Shown here piece by piece: positions 58,768 through 64,000 of a DNA stretch of 64,000 bases. The translations under genes were made by a program, and so were the position numbers. Below the pieces are notes generated by a model that saw only the letters and a program-made list of their open reading frames with translations, was not told where the DNA came from and made no database searches. This DNA is from an uncultured Lachnospiraceae bacterium (lineage in GTDB: Bacteria; Bacillota; Clostridia; Lachnospirales; Lachnospiraceae), in the NCBI GenBank assembly GCA_951800145.1, contig CATOJE010000001.1:59234-123233 (forward strand). Direction: 5' to 3'. Each line of letters opens with the position of its first letter. Position 1 is the stretch's first letter.

Positions 58768-61700
58768 CTACTCTCTCATGGGCTGGCCACTGGTTCGCAG
58801 ACGGTAAGTCTTAATCTCATAGGGCTTGATGAAATCCGTAAATCCATTCTCCTCAAGCTCCACCGGCCCCGCATATTCCTCCTTCAGATTGCAGCTCTCA
58901 GCAGAGGCCACCGAAAAGCCCAGCTTCACCTTCATCTGGGTCCGTTCATTGCGGTTTTCATAGATCCGCAGAATATAGCCGTCCCCATCCTCCGCCTTCT
59001 TGATCATCTCGAAAAAGCAATTCGGCGGATCGATGGAAAGGAAGCTCCGGAAGGATGGCTTTTCTCCAGGGAAAGCTCCCCGGTCAGGAACCAGCGCCGT
59101 CCACAGGGGAACATTTAAGTCATAGGCCATCTCCACCGTTCTGGCCTCCTGCCATCTGCCCTTATGGGGGTAGATGGAGTAGGTAAAGGTATGCTCTCCT
59201 ATGTCTGCGTTTTCATTGGGGTAAATGCCGGACTTAATCAAGGTCAGCCCCATCTCCCCATCCTTGATGCTGTGGCCGTACTTGCAGTCATTTAACAGGC
59301 TGAGCCCCAGTCCGTTTTCCGACAAATCCGCCCACTTGTGTGCGCAGACCTCGAACTTAGCGGTATCCCAGCTGTGATTGCTTGTGGTCTCCCGCTCCAC
59401 ATTGCCGAACTGGATCTCATAGGAGGCCTTGGAGGCATTAATATTAGCCGGGAAATTCACCCGCAGGAGCAGATGATGATTCTTCCAGTCCGCCCGGTTT
59501 ACAAAATCGATCCGGGGAAGATCCGGATACAGCACTACATCCTGCTCCACCACAGAATCCGCGAACTCCATCCGGATGCCCACCACGGTCCGCACCGATC
59601 CCTGCTCCTTTAATACCGGAGCTGTTACCTGATCCGGCCCATAGGGCTTTTTCCGGTAAAAGATATCGATGTCCCAGTTGTCCCAGTTCATGGGGCGGTC
59701 TTCATAGGTGAGAAGCTGGTTTCCCACCCTTCCCTCCTTGAGAAGCTCACATCCGCTCTCCTTCTCTATCAGGGAGGTAAGCTCCATCCGCTCATTAAAC
59801 TCTGCCCGGTACCAGGGATTTTCAAACAAACCGTTCCAGCTGCCCGCCGCATGGTTTGCCCCATGCCAGGCTCCCTCTGTCTGCACTGACATCCCCAATC
59901 CGGCTTCTGCATGCGCCTGGGCTGAGCTTTTCTCTGCCTCTCCCTCCTCCAGATGATAGAGCCTGTACCCGGCTGAGGGCACCTTCCCGGCAAAAAGGAG
60001 CAGCCTTCCGTCACTGGTATACTGCACCGGCCAGACCGATCCTTCCCCGTCTCTGGCCTGGGTAAATCCTGGCCCTGCCCCGGAAATTTCCGCCACGCCG
60101 CTGCGCTCATAGCCCTGGGTATTTACTACAACGACGGTATTTCGTGGGGCGGCCTCCTCCGGCGCGCCGGCATTCCCCGGCTTCCCGAAAGGCCTGCCTG
60201 CTTCCGATTCCTCCATCTGCCTGGAAGGCTTCTCAGATCCAGCCTCCTCCATCTGCCCCGAGGCTTTGCTGTCCCCGGCACTTCCCAAATGCTTTGAAAG
60301 CTCCTCAGCCTTGGCCTTCCCTGCAGAAAGGATCTCCTCATACTCCCGATCCGTTTGTTCATACACCGGCCCGATGGCGCTTCCCGGGATAATATCGTGG
60401 AACTGATTCAAAAGGATCACATCCCAGCCCCTTCGAATCACCTCCCCGGGATACTCGCCCCCCATCTGCTCCGCCATCACCCCTAAGGTTTCCAGCTGTT
60501 CATAGAGGAGCTCGCTCTTCCGGTTATTCCTTTTATTCCGCCCCATGGAGGTGAGGGTGCCCCGGTGGTACTCAAAGTACAGCTCCCCATCCCACACCGG
60601 CATCTCCGGCTTGTGGGCAATGGTCTCAAAGGTCCGGTCAAAAAACACCCGCTCCGGCTCCTGAATCAGCCTTGGAATCCCCGGCATGCCATATTTCAGC
60701 CGGTCCGCCTCCTCCAGCATCTCACTGGTAGGGCCGCCGCCCCCATCCCCGAAGCCGAACAGCATCAGGGTATCCTCTGTCAGATCCCGGTTCTGGAACC
60801 GTTTAAAGGTTCCCAGGGTCATATTTGGATTCACGATTCCTGTATAGGTCGTAGTATTCCTGGTATCGGTAAAGGAAACATTCAGCCCCAGGGTCTTATC
60901 AAAGTCGCAGGCTGTGGGCATGAAGACGAACACACGGCTCCCGTCAATGCCCTTCCACCAGAAGGTGTCATTGGGCAGCTGGTTATACTGGTTCCAGGCG
61001 ATCTTTGTAGTCAGGAAATAGGGAATATCGCACTGCTTTAAAATCTGAGGCACTGCAGCCGAGTAGCCGAACACATCCGGCAGCCAGAGGCACCGGCTGG
61101 AAATGCCGAACTCCTCCTGGAAAAACTGCTCTCCCTTCAGGATCTGCCGCACCAGGGACTCTCCTGCCGGCAGATTACAGTCCGCCTCCAGCCACATAGC
61201 CCCGTCAACCTCCCAGCGCCCCTCCTTCACTCTCTGCCGGATCCGCTCATACATCTCCGGCTCCTGTTCCTTCACAAACTGGTAAAGGATGGGCTGGCTG
61301 GACATAAACCGATAGTCCGGATACCGGTCCATCAGCTCCAGCACCGTGGAAAAGCTTCGAAGCACCTTCTCCCTGGTCTGATCCACCGTCCAAAGCCAGG
61401 CGATATCAATATGGGTATGCCCCACCCCGCTGACCCTTGGCCCATCCTCCCGGACATGGCTGTAAAAGTCCTCCTTTAAAATCTCCTCCACCTGCTCCAG
61501 GGCCTCATAAAACCGCCTGGAATAGGGCTGGCGCAGATCTAGCCTGTCTGCAGCCTTCCCCAGCTTCACCAAAATCCGCCGGCAGTTCTCGGGATCCGGT
61601 TTATTCAGAAGCCTGGCTGTCTGCACCGGAACCAGGAAATCATAGTAGGCTTTTTCCACCGGATCATCCACGGTCACAAGATCCGTTCGGATTATCAGAT

Positions 61701-62136
61701 CCCCGGGGACGCTTCCGCTGAAGATAAGCATTGCCACCTGGTAGACTTCCCCTGCCCGGGCATCCCGGCTGATGCAGATCTCCCGATGGTTCACATCCAC
61801 CCCCTGGATAATCCTTCCATTCAAATAGAACAGCATCTGAGGATTGGTGGCATCCCACTGTCCTTCCCTGCCTGTGGTAATCTGGAATATCACATGGCAA
61901 TGGTCAAACTCTTCCGGAATGGTAACATCCGTGCGGTACCAGCGGTGGCATTCCAGATCCGACCATGGCTCACGGATATCACACAGCTTCCAGCCATCTA
62001 AGGGCCCCTCCGGACTGCCCCCCTCCTTCCCATCCCACCGGAAATACTGGGTCACAGGATGCTTTTTCGGTCTTCTCAGCGCTCCAAGATCCTGGAGTAA
62101 ACGTTCCATCCGTTCCAGCTCAAATAATGTGCTCAT
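58768..62136 (-). CDS. GH38 alpha-mannosidase
   Basis: GHTHIDIAWLW, WLPDVFGYS, GDGGGG, ELYFEYHRG, LNQFHDIIPG. Confidence 0.95.
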   Translation of the reverse strand: MSTLFELERMERLLQDLGALRRPKKHPVTQYFRWDGKEGGSPEGPLDGWKLCDIREPWSDLECHRWYRTDVTIPEEFDHCHVIFQITTGREGQWDATNPQMLFYLNGRIIQGVDVNHREICISRDARAGEVYQVAMLIFSGSVPGDLIIRTDLVTVDDPVEKAYYDFLVPVQTARLLNKPDPENCRRILVKLGKAADRLDLRQPYSRRFYEALEQVEEILKEDFYSHVREDGPRVSGVGHTHIDIAWLWTVDQTREKVLRSFSTVLELMDRYPDYRFMSSQPILYQFVKEQEPEMYERIRQRVKEGRWEVDGAMWLEADCNLPAGESLVRQILKGEQFFQEEFGISSRCLWLPDVFGYSAAVPQILKQCDIPYFLTTKIAWNQYNQLPNDTFWWKGIDGSRVFVFMPTACDFDKTLGLNVSFTDTRNTTTYTGIVNPNMTLGTFKRFQNRDLTEDTLMLFGFGDGGGGPTSEMLEEADRLKYGMPGIPRLIQEPERVFFDRTFETIAHKPEMPVWDGELYFEYHRGTLTSMGRNKRNNRKSELLYEQLETLGVMAEQMGGEYPGEVIRRGWDVILLNQFHDIIPGSAIGPVYEQTDREYEEILSAGKAKAEELSKHLGSAGDSKASGQMEEAGSEKPSRQMEESEAGRPFGKPGNAGAPEEAAPRNTVVVVNTQGYERSGVAEISGAGPGFTQARDGEGSVWPVQYTSDGRLLLFAGKVPSAGYRLYHLEEGEAEKSSAQAHAEAGLGMSVQTEGAWHGANHAAGSWNGLFENPWYRAEFNERMELTSLIEKESGCELLKEGRVGNQLLTYEDRPMNWDNWDIDIFYRKKPYGPDQVTAPVLKEQGSVRTVVGIRMEFADSVVEQDVVLYPDLPRIDFVNRADWKNHHLLLRVNFPANINASKASYEIQFGNVERETTSNHSWDTAKFEVCAHKWADLSENGLGLSLLNDCKYGHSIKDGEMGLTLIKSGIYPNENADIGEHTFTYSIYPHKGRWQEARTVEMAYDLNVPLWTALVPDRGAFPGEKPSFRSFLSIDPPNCFFEMIKKAEDGDGYILRIYENRNERTQMKVKLGFSVASAESCNLKEEYAGPVELEENGFTDFIKPYEIKTYRLRTSGQPMRE

Positions 62137-62173
62137 TGCAGCTGCGCCTCCTTTCGGTGAATTTGCGTAACTA

Positions 62174-63037
62174 CTATCCCTTCACGGCTCCCGCCGTCAG
62201 CCCTTCGATCATATACTTCTGGGCAAAGGCAAACAAGCACATGGTAGGCACCAGGGACATGATGGTTCCTGCCGCCATCTCGCCCCACTTAATGTCGTAT
62301 TTCAGGATCAGCCCGTTCAGTCCTACTGGAATGGTCTTATATTTATCCACATCAATAAACATAACCGCCATAAACAGCTCATTCCAGGAATTGATAAAGG
62401 CGAAAATCACAGTGGCCGCAATGCCCGGCTTGATTACAGGAACTGCTACCCGAAACAGTGCAGATAAATATCCGCAGCCATCGATCCAGGCCGCCTCCTC
62501 CAGGGACTTGGGCACATTGTCAAAGAAGCCGCACAGGGTGACCACGGAGAAGGGGATCATCATATTAGTGTAGAGAAATGCCAGGCTCCACCGGTTATTT
62601 AACATCTTTGCCTTAGCCAGAAGCTGGTACAGAGGCGCCAGCATGATAAACATGGGAATCATCTGGGTAACCAGGAAAAACAGCAGCAGGGCCCCTTTAA
62701 AACGGAAGCGGAAACGGCTGATCACATAGCTGGCCAGAATGGCGATGAAGACAGAGCAGCCCGCCGCCACGGCCGAGCAGATCAGGGAATTCAGCATATA
62801 GGTGGAAAAATTCCCCTTCCACAGCATTTCCACATAGTTTACAAAGGATACCGGATTCGGCAGATACTGTACTGGAAAGGCATAGATCTCCCCCTGAGTG
62901 CCCTTCAGCGAAGTGAGGAGCATCCACACAAAGGGGAACATAATAAGGATCAGGAAAAATCCTAAAACCACGCATTTACATACCAGCCCTATTCGTCGTT
63001 TGCTTCTCGGCGTCATATTATGCCTCCTCCTTTCCAT
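62174..63037 (-). CDS. Carbohydrate ABC transporter permease (MalG-like)
   Basis: LEEAAWIDG EAA loop, FINSWNE, GLTAGAVKG. Confidence 0.93.
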   Translation of the reverse strand: MERRRHNMTPRSKRRIGLVCKCVVLGFFLILIMFPFVWMLLTSLKGTQGEIYAFPVQYLPNPVSFVNYVEMLWKGNFSTYMLNSLICSAVAAGCSVFIAILASYVISRFRFRFKGALLLFFLVTQMIPMFIMLAPLYQLLAKAKMLNNRWSLAFLYTNMMIPFSVVTLCGFFDNVPKSLEEAAWIDGCGYLSALFRVAVPVIKPGIAATVIFAFINSWNELFMAVMFIDVDKYKTIPVGLNGLILKYDIKWGEMAAGTIMSLVPTMCLFAFAQKYMIEGLTAGAVKG

Positions 63038-63923
63038 ACTTTGTAAATCCCATATAAACCATAACGAAAATTACTAAAAACAGGATACACAGCACACCCA
63101 CTGCCGAGGCCATGCCGTAATCCAGGCTATACACCAGCTGCATCATGTAGGAGGTAATGATATTGGACGAGCCGGCAGGTCCGCCCTGGGTCATGGAATA
63201 TATCAGATCCGGGAAATTAAAGATCCAGATCACACGGAGCAGTACTGTTAAGAGCAGCACCGAACGGATACAGGGCACGGTGATGTTCGTAAACTTCTGG
63301 AGTGGACTTGCCCCATCCACATCTGCCGCCTCATATAATTCCTCTGAAACCCCACGCAGCGCAGCCGTAATCATAATCGTAAAGAAGGGAATTCCATACC
63401 AGATATTAGCCGCAATACAGGAGTAGAGGGACGTCCCCTTCTCTGCCAGCCATCCCATGGGCTGACGGAGCAGATGCATTTTCATCAGGATATCATTGAT
63501 CACCCCGGAGGTTCCATTAAACATCCAGCGCCACATAATTCCGATAATAAAGCCGGACACTGCCCAGGGAAAGAAAATCAAGGCCTGATACAGGCCGGAT
63601 CCCGGGAACTTCTTCTTTAGCAGAAGGGCAATCCCAAAGCCCACAGTGAACTGGAAAAACAGGGAAATCCCCACCCATTTCACCGTATTAAACATGGTGG
63701 TGTAGAAGGAATTGCTTGCGCTGTGGGAAAACAGCTTTTTAAAATTATCGAAGCCGATCCATTTGATATTTTTTACATTCATCAGATTATAGCTCTGGAA
63801 TGCCATCATGGATCCCTTTACCATGGGGTAATAGGTAAATACCATCGGAATGAGGATGGCAGGAAGAACCATAAAAAAGATAAACCATGTTCGCCTCATC
63901 CGTAACTTTGACTTTTGCTTCAT
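63018..63923 (-). CDS. Carbohydrate ABC transporter permease (MalF-like)
   Basis: LYEAADVDGAS, MTQGGP, YGMASA. Confidence 0.93.
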   Translation of the reverse strand: MKQKSKLRMRRTWFIFFMVLPAILIPMVFTYYPMVKGSMMAFQSYNLMNVKNIKWIGFDNFKKLFSHSASNSFYTTMFNTVKWVGISLFFQFTVGFGIALLLKKKFPGSGLYQALIFFPWAVSGFIIGIMWRWMFNGTSGVINDILMKMHLLRQPMGWLAEKGTSLYSCIAANIWYGIPFFTIMITAALRGVSEELYEAADVDGASPLQKFTNITVPCIRSVLLLTVLLRVIWIFNFPDLIYSMTQGGPAGSSNIITSYMMQLVYSLDYGMASAVGVLCILFLVIFVMVYMGFTKYGKEEA

Positions 63924-64000
63924 ACCATGCCCTCCTCATCGCGTGGATTTCTTAATGCTGCAAATCCGGCCATCAAGTGTCCTGACCGGATGCTTTTTTC

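Noticed and set aside
29-63905. Numerous plus-strand and nested ORFs in the track
   Set aside because: They are antisense or alternate-frame shadows of well-supported minus-strand genes, with no recognisable motifs.
1-64000. tRNA, rRNA, riboswitch or autonomous IS
   Set aside because: None was recognisable by eye; a covariance-model scan (Infernal/Rfam) would be needed to exclude them.

Overview
Chromosomal segment of a Clostridia-type bacterium (gene set looks Lachnospiraceae-like; taxonomy is inference). Every supported gene is on the minus strand. The backbone comprises wzy-like polymerase, ptsI, ptsH, cdaR, cdaA; ybaK, phosphoesterase, ParB-BMP fusion, ClC, ilvA, ftsY, smc, rnc, acpP, plsX; a rhamnose operon; and a GH38/GH13/GH36 ABC sugar operon. 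A ~22 kb accessory region (about 6.9-28.7 kb) has toxin-antitoxin genes at both ends. It holds a complete Agr quorum-sensing cassette, including a 57-aa agrD missing from the ORF track (predicted ring CAWLN). Directly downstream lies an operon resembling a Gram-positive T6SS or contractile-injection system: VWA membrane protein, a truncated large conserved protein, a VgrG/gp5 C-terminal fragment, DcrB-like and Imm11-like adaptors, an immunity-like paralog array, an Hsp70/actin-fold ATPase and a baseplate-like protein. The agrD promoter and this operon's promoter share the same CAAAAwwyGGAA direct-repeat pair, 6 nt from a -35 box, suggesting direct quorum control. This copy appears decayed (large internal deletion, a nonsense codon, frameshifts). 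Other notable items are three AT-rich NTPase two-gene cassettes (candidate defence), a family of short palindromic elements at cassette boundaries, a hicA pseudogene, and a FucI/AraA-family isomerase in place of rhaA. All family assignments come from motif reading and recall; no searches were run.
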